DNA of 64,000 nucleotides from Mobula hypostoma (lineage: Eukaryota): contig NC_086097.1 of NCBI RefSeq assembly GCF_963921235.1, positions 110,920,001-110,984,000 on the forward strand, read 5' to 3'. Under the pieces are notes generated by a model that saw only the letters and a list, made by a program, of their open reading frames with translations, had not been told where the DNA came from and searched no databases. Of this stretch, positions 12,854-25,938 are shown piece after piece. The position numbers were made by a program, and so were the translations under genes. Every line of letters starts with the position of its first letter. The stretch's first letter is position 1.

Positions 12854-13892
12854 ATTCTTTCTAATATGTTGTTGGAAATCATTCCGTTAGCCATGAACTC
12901 AAGCAGTTAATTTTCAGACTTAATGCACATACTAATTAAATAATCCTCCACAACAAATTAATGTGAACATTTCACATATGCATCTTGTCAAATTTCAAAG
13001 AACTTATAGAATTTAAATGCAATAATCAAACTTAGAGAATCTTCATATGGTTTTAATATCATTCAAGATGAAAACAGAAACAGAAACCAATGGAGTAAAT
13101 GGCAACCTCTGGTAATTATGAATATTATACTCCTGAGCCATTTCACTATTTAGAACACAGTGCTCCATTTACCGTATTATGATTCATAGCAATTTCTTCT
13201 GCGCACTGATATAACTGCACCTCCTCTAAGAAATCACAAAGTATAACCACAATATACCTTCATATATTTGTATTTATATGAAGTGTAACAGTATACAAGA
13301 CCAATATGTGAAACAAAGTATGCGGCAATTGAGATAATGCAGCTATGTATGTCACTTCTCTGATAATAACACTCAGAACAGATTGTGTGCAAGATCTTCA
13401 ACTCTAGACTTCATTCTCTATGTACAATCAATCCAACTCTCATGTTGCCAAGTTTAGGTCTTTTGGAATGGATTACATGAGAAGGTCATCAAACTGGACA
13501 TTAACTCTGCCTCTTTGCCCACAGTTGATCCCCAACCTTTCAACATTTGCAGCAATTTAGAGTTATAATCATAGAAAAGTACAGCACACAGAAAAAGGCC
13601 CTTCAGCCCATCTAGTAGATGCCAAGCTATTAATCTACCTAGTCCCATTGACCTGCACGCGGACTATATAGGCTTCCACACTACTCCCATCCAGGTACCT
13701 ATCCAAACTTCTCTTAGATGTTGAAATCAAACCTGCCTTCACCATTTCTGTTCACACCTTGTTCCACACTCATCACCCTCTGAGTGAGGTTCCCCCTCAT
13801 GTTCCCCTCAAGCATTTCACTTTTCACCCTTAACCCATGACGAGCTCGAGTTTCATCCAATTTCAGTGGGAAAAGCTTGCTTGCATTTACCT

Positions 13893-14499
13893 ATGTTCTG
13901 TCCGCCGGAGAAAGCAGGATCTCCCAGTGGCCACAAATTTTAATTCCACGTCCCATTCCCATTCTGATATGTCTATCCATGGCCTCCTGTACTGTCAAGA
14001 TGAAGCCACACTCAAGTTGGAGGAACACCACCTTATATTTCATTTGGGTAGCCTCCAACCTGATGGCATGAACATTGACTTAGCTAACTTCCGTTATTGC
14101 CCCTCCTCCCGTTCTCACCCCATGCCTTATTCATTTATTTTTTACTTTTTCCTTTTTCTCTCTCTCTCTCTCTCTCACAATTACTCCTTGCCTGCTCTCC
14201 ATCTTCCTTTGGCACTCCCCTCCCCCTTTCTTTCTCCCTAGGCCTCCCATCCCATGATCCTATCCCTTATCCAGCCTTGTATTCCTTTTGCCAATCAACT
14301 TTCCAGCTCCTAGCTCTATCCCTCCCCCTCCTGTCTTCTCCTATCATTTCAGATCTCCCCCTTCCCCTCCCATTTTCAAATCTCTTACTATCTCTTCTTT
14401 CAGTTAGTCCTGACAAATGGTCTCGGCCTGAAACGTCGACTGTGCTTCTTCCTGTGGATGCTGCCTGGCCTGCTGTGATCCACCAGCATTTTGCGTGTG
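13893..14499 (+). mobile_element. Penelope-like element 3' fragment inserted in a CR1-type LINE
   Basis: C-terminal remnant PVATNFNSTSHSHSDMSIHGLLYC..KLEEHHLIFHLGSLQPDGMNID; pLTR with mutated hammerhead (CTGACAA) at 14405-14442; 12-bp TSD TTGCATTTACCT. Confidence 0.85.
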
Positions 14500-14764
14500 T
14501 TGCATTTACCTTATCTGTACCCCTCATAATTTTGTGTATCTTCATCACATCTTCCTTCATTCTCCTATATTCCAGAGTATAAAGTCCTAATCTATTCAAA
14601 CTTTTTCAAGACCTCAGGTCCTCAAGTCCTGACCTTTCAATCTCATTGACATCTTTCCTATTGACATTTTTCAATGTAACATCCCAACTCCTGTATCCAA
14701 TACTTTCATTTACGAAGGACAATGTGTCAAAAGCTTTTTTTTACGTCCCTATCTACTTATGATA

Positions 14765-15625
14765 GAAACATAGAAAACCTGCAGCACAATACAGGCCCTT
14801 CGGCCCACAAAGCTGTGCCGAACATGTCCCTAACTTAGAACCACCTAGGCTTTATCCATATCCCTCTATTTTTCTAAGCTCCATGTAGCCATCCAGGAGT
14901 CTCTTAAAAGACCCTATCGTTTCCACCTCCTCCGCTGCTGCCGGCACACACCACTCTCTTAAAACTCACCCTGACATCTCCTCTGTACCTACTTCCAAGC
15001 ACCTTAAAACTATGCCCTCTCATGCTAGCCATTTCAGCCCTGGGGAAAAGCCACTGACTATCCACACAATCAATGCCTCTCATTATCTTGTACAACTTTA
15101 TCAGGTCACCTCTCATCCTTCGTCACTCCAAGGAGAAAAGGCCGAGTTCACTCAACCTATTCTCATAAGGCATGCTCCCCAATTCAGGCAACATCCTTGT
15201 ATAACTCCTCTGCACATTTTCCATGATTTCCACATCTTTCCTGTAGAGAGGCGACCAGAATTGAGCACAGTACTCCAAGTGGAGTCTGACCAGGGTCCTA
15301 TATAGCTGCAACATTATCTCTCGGTTCTTAAACTCATTCCCACGATTGATGAAGGCCAATGCACCGTATGCCTTCTTAACCACAGAGTTAACCTGTGTAG
15401 CAGCTTTGAGTGTCCTATGGACTCGGATCCCAAGACCCCTCTGATCCTCTACACTGCCCAGAGTCTTACCATTAATACTGTATTCTGCCATCATATTTGA
15501 CCTACCAAAATGAACCACCTCACACTTATCTGGGTTGAACTCCATCTGCCACTTCTCAGCCCAGTTTTGCATCCTATCAATGTCCCATTGTAACCTCTGA
15601 CAGCCCTCCACACTATCCACAACAT
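14765..15625 (-). mobile_element. CR1/HER1-type LINE 3' part (relatively young subfamily)
   Basis: RT C-terminus LQWDIDRMQNWAEKWQMEFNPDKC...LVRLHLEYCAQFWSP; tail ttctatgtttcta. Confidence 0.9.
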
Positions 15626-15634
15626 GATGCCATA

Positions 15635-15665
15635 TGTGTGTGTGTGTGTGTGTGTGTGAGAGAGT

Positions 15666-15709
<44 letters not shown>

Positions 15710-15724
15710 CACACACACACACAG
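15635..15724. repeat. Compound microsatellite (TG)n(AG)n(AC)n
   Basis: Directly visible. Confidence 0.9.
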
Positions 15725-16344
15725 AGTGGGGGGGGGGGTATGTGGTCGACAGCCCACCCTGCATTTCTAATGACCAGCACTGTTTATCGTCCTTCCGTTA
15801 AAATACGTTAATTCCGTTGGATTATGGTGGGAAGTTCCGGTTCATTTATTGCCACATTTTAGGTTTGGTAATACAGTTATTCACTTGAGTACTCGTGGGT
15901 CACCCTGGCTGTAACCGGGGTGTGTGACGGTCACCTCCCCTGTCTTCATTAGACTAGTTGGGTTCTCTTTGTGGATTATGGGCCCGGTCTGTTTTGGTGT
16001 GTATCACATTAAAAACTGTTGCTGAGTTAAACAGTTTCCTTGTCTGTCATTATGGACCAAATGCCTGCCACTATATTTTTCTCTCTCTCTCTCTTATTGA
16101 AATATATATACATTTCTTAATGTAGTTGATTTTTAATGTATTGGAGCCACAAAACAACATGTCTTGACATATTAAAGCTGATTCTGATTTTATTCAGAAT
16201 AATTCAAGACAGCGTAGGTCAAAACTAAGACAGGAAAGTTTTAAAAGGGATCCTTGGGTAATTTTTTGCACAAAGAGAAGTAAATGAAATGAGCTATCAG
16301 AAGGAGTGTTGGATGTGTATATAATTACAACATTTAAGACCAGA

Positions 16345-17510
16345 AGACATAGTAGCAGAAGCAGGCCATTTGACCCATCGAGCCTGCTCCGCCATTCAAT
16401 CATGGGCTGATCCAATTCTTCCAGTCATCCCCATTCCTCTGCTTTCAACCCATAATCCACTGACGCCCTGGCTAATCAAGAACCTATCTATCTCTGCCTT
16501 AAATACACCCAATGACTTGGCCTCCACAGCCGCTCGTGGCAATAAATTCCACAGATTTACCACCCTCTGACTAAAGAAATTTCTTCACATCTCAGTTCTA
16601 AAAGGATGTCCTTCAATCCTGAAGTCGTGCCCTCTTGTCCTACAATCCCCTACCATGAGAAATAACTGCCATATCTAATCTGTTCAGGCCTTTTAACATT
16701 CGGAATGTTTCTATGAGATCCCCCTCATTCTCCTGAACTCCAGGGAACAGAGCCCAAGAGCTGCCAGAAGGTCCTCACATGGCAATCCTTTCATACCTGG
16801 AATCATTGTCATGAAACTTCTCTGAACCCTCTCCAATGTCAGTATATCCTTTCTAAAATAAGGAGCCCAAAACTTCACACAATACTCCAAGTGTGGTCTC
16901 AAGAATGCCTTATAGAGCCTCAACATCACATCCCTGCTCTTATATTCTATATTTCTAGAAATAAATGCCATCATTGCATTCGCCTTCTTCACAACTGATA
17001 CAACCCAGAGGTTAACCTTTATTGTATCTTGCACAAGGACTCCCAAGACCCTTTGTTTCTCTGGATTTTGAATTCTCTCCCTATCTAAGTAATAGTCTGC
17101 CCCTTTATTTCTTCCACCAAAGTGTATGACTATACACTTTCCAACATTGCATTTCATTTGCCACTTCTTTGCCTATTCCCCTAAACTATCTAAGTCTCTC
17201 TTCAGGCTCTGTTTCCCCAACTACCCGCTCCTCCACCTATCTTTGTATCATCGGCAAATTTAGCCACAAATCCATTAATACTGTAGTCCAAATCATTGAC
17301 ACACATCGTAAAAAGCAGCGGTCCCAACACCAACCCCTGTGGAACTCCACTGGTAACCAGCAGCCAGCCAGAATAGGATCCCTTTATTCCCACTCCCTGT
17401 TTTCTGCTGACCAGCCAATGCTCCACCCACACTGGTAACTTCCCTGTAATTCCATGGGCTCTCATCTTGCTAAGCAGCCTCATGTGCAGCACCTTGTCAA
17501 AGGTTTTCTT
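16345..17510 (-). mobile_element. CR1/HER1-type LINE fragment
   Basis: SGVPQGLVLGPLLF, KFADDTKIGG, RPHLEYCVKFWAPY. Confidence 0.9.
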
Positions 17511-17852
17511 TAATAGAAATTTAGACAGGACAGGAAAGGTTTAAAGAGATATGGGCAAAATGTGGAGCAATGGGACTAGCTCAAATAGACAGGGACAGAA
17601 TGGATGAGTTGGGCCAAAGGGACTGTTTCATAATAGATAACAATGACTATTACATTGCTCCTTCCATTCTTTTTTAAATGCAAGTAGAGTATGTAGCCAA
17701 CTTCCAGAAAGCTTAGTATGAAGTTTGAAAATCCTATTTAAATGAATAAATATCATATTCCTTCAGTGAATTAATTCCATTATCAAAGGTCTTTTGATGA
17801 AAGACCAATGAAAATTTCATTCAATAAGTACCAAAGCACAACTTTGACTTAC

Positions 17853-17974
17853 TTATGGCCTCTTTGACTGATATATCAAGCTCCTGCTCTTTCTGTGCTA
17901 ATTGTGTGTTAAATTCTCGCATTAACTGTTTGAGAGTTGAGTTGTGTTTCAGCTGCAAATCCTCCAATTCGAGC
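17853..17974 (-). CDS. GOLGA4: GOLGA4 coding exon (122 nt, phase 2/1): LELEDLQLKHNSTLKQLMREFNTQLAQKEQELDISVKEAI
   Basis: ttttctcttccAG acceptor, GTAAGT donor, phase matches giant exon; near-identical to recalled human EDLELKHNSTLKQLMREFNTQLAQKEQELE. Confidence 0.95.
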
Positions 17975-18268
17975 CTGGAAGAGAAAACATTATTTGGCGG
18001 AAAAATTAGCTTGGTTAAACTTTTTGCTCAGTTCTAAATAAGATGATTGCATTATTTTTTTATTAACGGAAGTACAATAAGCAAATAAAACCATTACTAT
18101 TGAATGTGAAGTACTTATGTATAGAGTTTGAGCTGCAAGAGAGAACATTATTTGGTGGAAAAATTAGCTTGGTTCAAAATAAAATGATTGCATTACCTTT
18201 TCATTAACGGAAGTACAATAAGCAAATAAAACCATTACTATTGTATGTGAAGTATTTATGTAATAGAG
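17971..18268. repeat. Tandem duplication (about 140-160 bp units) of the intron 3' end / splice acceptor
   Basis: gagcctggaagagaaaacattatttggcggaaaaattagcttggtt...gtacttatgt repeated as gagctgcaagagagaacattatttggtggaaaaattagcttggtt...gtatttatgt. Confidence 0.9.
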
Positions 18269-19324
18269 TCTTATAGCATGGAAACAGGCTCAACAGTCCA
18301 CCAAGTTAGTGGTAACTATCAAGCAACTATTTACCTCTCTGCATATCAACCAAATCCCCCGACTCACCCACCACTGGGGCAAATTACAGCACCCAACTAA
18401 TAGAGTATTCTTCCAGGCTGGACCTTATCGAAGCCCTTGCTAAAGTCCACATCCATGACATCCACTGACTTTCCTGGTAATTTGCTCAAAAAAGGCTGGT
18501 TACACATGATCTACCATGCATAAAGCCATGTTCACTATCACTATATCAGCTCCTGTCTATGCAAATACTTACATACAAGGTCCTTTAGAATAGCTTCCAA
18601 TAACTTACCCAACATTGATGGTAGGCTCACCAACCTATAACTTCCCAGTTTATTCTTACAACCCTTCTTAAACAGAACAACATTAACTATCCTCCAATCC
18701 CCCAGCATCTCACCCGTGATTCAGAACTTCTTAAACACATTTGCTTGGATCACTGGATTCTGTCTGTCTCCCTTTGAAATGCAGACCCAAAAAATCCAAT
18801 GAAGGTCGCCTCCATCTGGTTCAGCGCAAATGTGTAGATGACCACTTTGATCAGCAAGAGGATGAATTTTGTTCCTTGCAATCCTTTTGCTATATATATC
18901 TGCAGAAGCCCTTGGGATTCTCCTTCACCCTGTCTGTTAGAGCAGCCTCACGGTTTTTTTTTTCAGCCCTCCTGACTTCCTGAAATGTCCTTTTGCATTT
19001 CTTATACTCAAGTACCTCATTTGTTCCTTGTTGCTTAAACTGCTATGTACCTCTTCTTCTTAACCAGAGCTTCAATAGCTCTGTTATCCTTGCCTTTTAT
19101 TCTGACAGGAATATACAAACACTGTATTCTAAAATTTTCACTTTGAAGGCCCTCCACTTAAAAAGCACACCTTTATCAGAAGGCAACTTGTCTAAATCCA
19201 CACTTGCCAGATCCTTTCTGATATCATCAAAATTGGCCTTTCTCCATTTTCAAGTCTCAGCCTAAGAACCAGACCTCAGGTTATGCAGATAATTCTGTAA
19301 GTTATCTTGAAAACAACAGACATA

Positions 19325-19783
19325 TAGACCATAAGACAAAGGAGCAGAAGTAGGTCATTCGGCCCATCGAGTCTGCTCCGCCATTTTATCATGAGCTGAT
19401 CCATTTTATCCTACTTAGTTCCACTGCCCCGCCTTCTCACCATAACCTTTGATGCCCTGGCTACTCAGATACCTATCAATCTCTGCCTTAAATACACCCA
19501 ATGACTTGGCCTCCACTGCTGCCCGTGGCAACAAATTCCATAGATTCACCACCCTCTGACTAAAAATTTTTTTTCGCATTTCTGTTCTGAAAGGGCGCCC
19601 TTCAATCCTGAAGTCATGCCCTCTCGTACTAGACTCCCCCATCATGGGAAACAACTTTGCCACATCCACTCTGTCCATACCTTTTAACATTCGAAATGTT
19701 TCTATGAGGTCTCCCCTCATTCTTCTAAACTCCAAGGAATACAGTCCAAGAGTGGACAAACGTTCCTCATATGTTAACCCTCT
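19325..19783 (-). mobile_element. CR1/HER1-type LINE 3' end
   Basis: YEERLSTLGLYSLEFRRMRGDLIETFR..FSQRVVNLWN. Confidence 0.9.
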
Positions 19784-19787
19784 GTTA

Positions 19788-20341
19788 TACTCAGTGTCCA
19801 CTTTATGAGGCACCCTAAAAAAGCCCTGCGAGTGTATGTTCATGGTCTTCTGCTTTTGTAGCCCATCCATGTCAGGGATTGAGATGTGTGTTCAGAGTTG
19901 CCCTTCTGCACACCACTGTTATTACATGTGGTTATTTGAGTTACTGTCATCTTCCTGTCAGCTTGAACCAGACTGGCCATTCTCCTCCGACCTCTCTCAT
20001 TAACAAGGTGTTTTCGCCCATAGAACTCTTGCACACTGGATCTTTTTTGTTTGTTTTTCACACCATTCTCTGTTTACTCTATAGATTGCTGTGTGTGAAA
20101 ATCCCTGAAGATCAGCTGTTTCCAAGATACTCAAACCATCCCATCTGGCACCAACAATCATTCCACAGCCAAAGGCACTTACATCACATTACTTCCTCAT
20201 TCTGATGTTTGGTGTGAAAAACAACTGAGCCTCTTGACCATGTCTGATTGCTCTTATGCAATGAGTTGCTGCCACACGATTGGCTGATCAGATATTTGTA
20301 TTAACGAGGTGTACAGGTGGACCTAAAGTAGCCATTGAGTT
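19788..20341 (-). mobile_element. Tc1-like non-autonomous element
   Basis: Imperfect TIRs actcagtgtccacttta / taaagtagccattgagt; remnant GRKHLVNERGRRRMASLVQADRKMTVTQITT. Confidence 0.75.
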
Positions 20342-22004
20342 TATGTCAATTCAACATCAAAAGCACCATGATAAGAACTGAACCTGGGTCACTGGAGCTG
20401 TGAGATACTAGCTCTGTGACCTAGATGACTATGCCATCCCTAATTAGATGACACCACCAGAATACATGTGTTCGCACCTGCAGATAAGTAACATGCAGTA
20501 GAATATTGCTTCCAGGGTAGATTGTATGGAAGTTGCAGTAAGGCAAGGGTTAAAGACCGAGTCCAGGCAAGGGTAGTTTCAGCAGTTGTAGTCAACCCAG
20601 ACCTTTGAAGTGAGACTGTCAGATGCACCTCCTGCTTACTACAGACAAGATTGGCGACCATGATTGCAGTAGAGTGTAATCAACCTGGACAAGTGGGGCC
20701 TCCAAAAAAGACCTTTTCTAGAAAGGTCTTCCTTGAACACAGATTCCCTTTATATATTAAAGGGTGCCAAAGACAGACATGGTAAGAATAATGGAAGATT
20801 GTGAAACACACCCAACAACTAAGGGACAATTGTTTTAATAACTTTAAAGTAGATTCCTTAATCAACTTGTAGTTTTAATTGACTTTTAATACCTTCATTG
20901 TGAATGGCAATTGATCTTGCAAGTAAGAAATTCAAACATACGCAGTTTACCAGATGGTTAATATCCATAGCTGATAAGCAAATTCTGTATAAAAATTAGC
21001 AATGTTCTGTCCTGGCTTCAGAACAGTGTGGTGACAGGGGTCATGATTTCTCCTTGTGCAAGTAAAATAACGCATGTTTGAGTCAGAAGTGTGTGTGTGT
21101 TCTGGGTCTGGTTATCTTATTTCACTTTATTACCAGCAGAAACAATTGCATTCAGCCAACAGCAGGTCTTCGAATTTTTTCGAATCCATTTTTGCCTTCA
21201 CCTCCAAACAATAATATTTTCCAAATAATGCTAACCACCTGAATATAGATTAATATGATTGACACTTAATGTGCCTGTAACTAAAATGGCTATTAGAGAA
21301 GGACATGGTCCTCCATAAAACCAAGACACAGTTGGTGCATTTAAGAATGGGTAACAGTTATCATGGGCCATTTTAACTAGCACATAAATTGGGCAAATCA
21401 AGTTGGTCAAGGAAGTCTTGTTTTGTGTTGATCTTCACAATACAGGCCATGTCTAACATACCAAAGGGATGTGTTATGGAGGACCTCGATACAATCATTA
21501 TCAGTAACAAGGAAGCGTTGAGCAAACAAGTGAGCCTAAACAAGTCCCCCAGTCCTGATGGAATGTATCCCAGGGCACTGAAAGAGATGGCATAAGTTGT
21601 AGAATAATTACAAAACTCAGGGCAGGTCCCAGTGGATTGGAAGGAAGTCAATACCACACAACAGTTTAAGAAAGGATATTGGCTGAAGGCAACTATATGC
21701 CAATTAACTTAACATCTGTAGTCCGGAAAATGCTTGAATCTATTAAGAAATAAACAGTAGGACATCTGGATTGAACTGGTTCCATCAGACAGGTGCAGCA
21801 TGGATTCAGCAACGCAAGGTCCTGTTTGACAAACTTTCTGGGGTTGCTTTGAGGATGTAACAAGCATAGTTGATAGAGGGGAACAGGTGGTGGCTCAATT
21901 TCCAGAAAGCATTTGATAAGGTGCTGCATAAAAGACTTATACATAAGAATGCATGGAGTTTGGGGTAATTTATTGGCATGGATAGAGAATTTCTGAACCA
22001 AGTT

Positions 22005-23300
22005 GAGCTGAGCCTCTGGCGATGATCTTTGCATCATCAATGGGGATGGGAGAGGTTCCAGAGGATTGGAGGTTTGTGGACGTTGATCCCTTATTTAAGA
22101 AAGTGAGTAGAGATAACCCAGGAAATTACAGTCTTACTTCAGTAGTTGGTAAGTTGATGGAGAAGATCCTGAGAGGCAGGATTTATGAACATTTGGAGAG
22201 GCATAATATGACTAGGAATAGTCAGCATGGCTTTGTCAAAGTCAGGTCATGCCTTACAAGCCTGATTAAATTTCTTCAGGATGTGACTAAACATATTGAT
22301 GAAGGTACAGCAGTAGATGTAGTGTATATGGATTTCAGCAAAGCATTTGGCAAGGTACCCCATGCAAGGCTTATTGAGAAGGTAAGGAGGCATAGGATCC
22401 AAGGGGACATTGCTTTGTGGATCCAGAACTGACTCGCCCACAGAAGGTAAAGAGTGGTTGTAGATGGGTCATATTCTGCATGGAGATTGGTGACCAGTGG
22501 TGTGCCTCAGGGATCTGTTCTGGAACCCCTACTCTTCATGATTTTTATAAATCACCTGGATGAGGAAGTGGAGGGATGGCTTAGTAAATTTGCTGATGAC
22601 GCAAAGGTTGGGGTTGTTGTGGATAGTGTGGAGGGCTGTCAGAGGTTATAGCAGGACATTGATAGGATGCAAAACTGGGCTGAGAAGTGGCAGATGGAGT
22701 TCAACCCAGATAAATGTGAAGTGGTTCATTTTGGTAGGTCAAATATGATGGCAGAATATAGTATTAATGGTAAGACTCTGGGCAATGTGGAAGATCAGAG
22801 GGATCTTTGGGTCCGAGTCCACAGGACACTCAAACGCAGCTTGACTCTGTGGTTAAGAAGGCGTACAGTGCATTGGCCTGCATCAACTGTGGGATTGAGT
22901 TTAGGAGCACAGAGGTAATGTTGCAACTATACAGGACACTGGTCAGACCCCACTTGGAGTACTGTGCTCTGGAGGCATTGATTGTGTGGATAGTCAGAGG
23001 CTTTTTCCCAGGGCTGAAATGGCTAGTGTGAGAGGGCACCGTTTTAAGGTGCTTGGAAGTAGGTACAGAGGAGATGTCAGGGACAAGTATTTTTACACAG
23101 AGAGTGGTGAGTGTGTGCAATGGGCTGCTGGTGATGGTGGTGAGGCGGATAGGGTCTTTTAAGAGACTCCTGCAATGGTACATGGAGCTTAGAAAAATAG
23201 AGGGTAACCCTAGGTTATTTCTAAGGTAAGGACATGTTCGGCACAGCTCTGTGGGCCGAAGGGCCTGTATTGTGCTGTAGGTTTTCTAAGTTCTATGTTT
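22005..23300 (+). mobile_element. CR1/HER1-type LINE (RT domain and 3' end)
   Basis: QHGFVK.RSCLTSL, VDVVYMDFSKAFGKVPH, GVPQGSVL, KFADDAKV; tail ttctaagttctatgtt. Confidence 0.92.
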
Positions 23301-25938
23301 TAAGTTGGAATGAATGGCTGTTGCTCTGGTTGGCAACCAGTGGTAAGCTGGGGTCAGTGCTAGGCCTGCAACTGCTCGTAAATGCATTAATGATTTGGAA
23401 AATGGGTCTGACTGCAGCATTTTCAAGTTTACAGCTTGGTTGAGTGGGGCTGAGGCACTTAATTTCATGCTGTATAAATCCATGACTTTATGATTTGTAT
23501 ATGCCATATAGTGCCATCACAATATGGGTACACCAATGTTTTTTGTCCCTTGCTGTTTCTTAACTCAATCCATACTGATACTTGTAGTAACTTTCAGAGC
23601 TATGAGTTTATCCCTTTCCGCTGTCTAATATCAAGGCTATCCTGCCTCTTTTTCCATTATGTTCACATCTTCTAAATTAAAATAACCTGGAAGACAAATT
23701 CATAGAACTGTACTGTTCAGAAATCCATCAGCCCACCTTTGCTGACGGTTTTGCCCATACACAATCACACCATTTGCCCACGCAAAGGCCATTCCTTTCT
23801 ATACCTTGCCTATTTATGTGCCTGTCCCAATGTCTCTTAAATGTAGTGACTGTATCTGACTCCACTGGCTCCAATCAATCACTTTGTATAAATCAATACT
23901 TACCCTCTAGATCCCCTTAAAAACACATTCCTCTTACCTTAACTTTGTTATTTTTTTATACTTCAATGTTGGGGGAAAACATGGTGATTATCCACCCTCT
24001 CTTTTATAATTACATAAGTTACCCCTCAGCCTTCTTTGCCCCAGGGAAAACAGTGGGCACATCTAAACCCTCCCCATAACTAGTGTCCTCCATTCTGGCA
24101 ACATCCCAGTTAAATACCAACCTTCATTGCTTTGCAACCACATCTCTTCAATAGCAGTTAGGTGGGACCCATGCGTTCATTTGTGCCATTAGATCTTTTA
24201 CCTTGATGCAAGTGCTAAATACAATTACTAAAGAGTTTTCAAGTCTATGGTATTTCCAGTTGTGATGTACAGCTGTGAGAACTGGACTATTAGTAAGGCT
24301 GAATACAAAAGAATCGACACCTTTGAACTTGGATGCTGGAGTAAAGTGTTAAGAGTTCGTTCAACAGCAAGAAGATCCAACAAGTCAATACTTGAAAAAA
24401 TACAGCTAGTCTGCTCACAAGGAAGCTTCATTATCAGGCAAAAGCTCAAATATTTTGGCCGGAGGGGGGGGCGCTGTGGAGCCATGAGCAAGTAGGATGC
24501 AGCCCCCTGTAGCTCCGGCAGATTTGATATTAAAACTTCATTTACACAAAGTTAATTTGAGGTTTCAGGTGGCAAATGAAGGGGAGGTGCTCCTCAATAC
24601 ATACCAGAAGGAGAAAGAGTGAAGGAGTGCGCTACAAAATGCCAAGAAGAGGAACGGCTAAGGCAGAGACAAACGAAGAAATAGGCCCAATTGACGCCTC
24701 GGAGCTGACGTGTGAGGGCCACGTGGAGCCACGTGCACAGAGTATGGACAACAATGCGGTATTGGTGGCCATAGAGTCGCTACATGCAGAGCTAACTACA
24801 ATGAAGTCAGACATCTGTAAGAAAATTGAAGAAAAAGTTGCAGAGGTAGTGGTCGCTTTGAGTGTAAAATTGCTTCGTTGAAAGCAGAAAATGACACTGC
24901 GATTACCGCACAGAAAGCCCAGTTGAATACACAAGATCAAACTATGAAAGAGATAGCAGAGTCAGCTAACGGAGCTTCAGACATAGTTGTGGAGCTGGAA
25001 AGCAAGGTGAAACGACTTGGTGGGCAAGCTGAACAACTTTCTGAAAAGTGCCTGGATTTAGAGGGACGTTTGAAAGGACAGAATCTGAGAATTGCAGGCC
25101 TACGAGAGGGGAAGGAAAATGGGCAGGAAACAAGAGATTTCATAGCACAGATGCCAAAAGATGCTCTAAAGCTGGAAGAAGCTCTGGTGATAGACTGAGT
25201 ACATAGAGCACTCCGGAAGTGCCCGGGGGACGACAAGCCGCCGTGACACCTGATTGTGAGGATCCATTATTGACATGTACTTGAAGATATAATGCAGAAG
25301 GCGATATGTACCAAGAATCTACAATATCAAGGACAAAGGATTCAGATCTTCAGAGACCTTCCATCCACAGTGGCCAAAGGACGTGCGGCTTTCACACTGG
25401 TCAGGAGGTTGCTGCAGGACAGACCTCCCGGAGTCAAGTTTGGCCTCCTCTATCCTGCGAAGCTACGAGTGACTATTAATGGCACCGAGGCAGTGTTTAC
25501 AGATCCAGAAGCTCGCCAGTATGCCGAATCTCATTTGGGAAATGCTGAGAAGTGACTGTGCACAGTGAGAAGAAACCCCTTACAGAATGAAGATGCCCCA
25601 AGTAAAACTCCGTGGTAGGAAATTATGAACGTTTCGAATATTAATGAGGCACTGCCTCTAATCCCTGTAGAAAACAGGACTCTGAGTTATATTTGGATTG
25701 TGCCATGTCGGATTAAGGCCCTATGTGGGCAGATAGTAGTAAGAGTTGGTCTAAACTGGTGTTGTATGTAGAGTATGTTGTTAATGGTGCTAGAGTAAGT
25801 TATAGCTTTGAGAATCACACTTACTTTAACCTCCCAATAATCTCTGTTTGCTAGTTTTTCTCAGTTTTTTCACTCCAATGCCAGATTTGGCTTTGTGACC
25901 ATCTATATAACTGGGAAGCTACTGAATTGGTTTACAAG

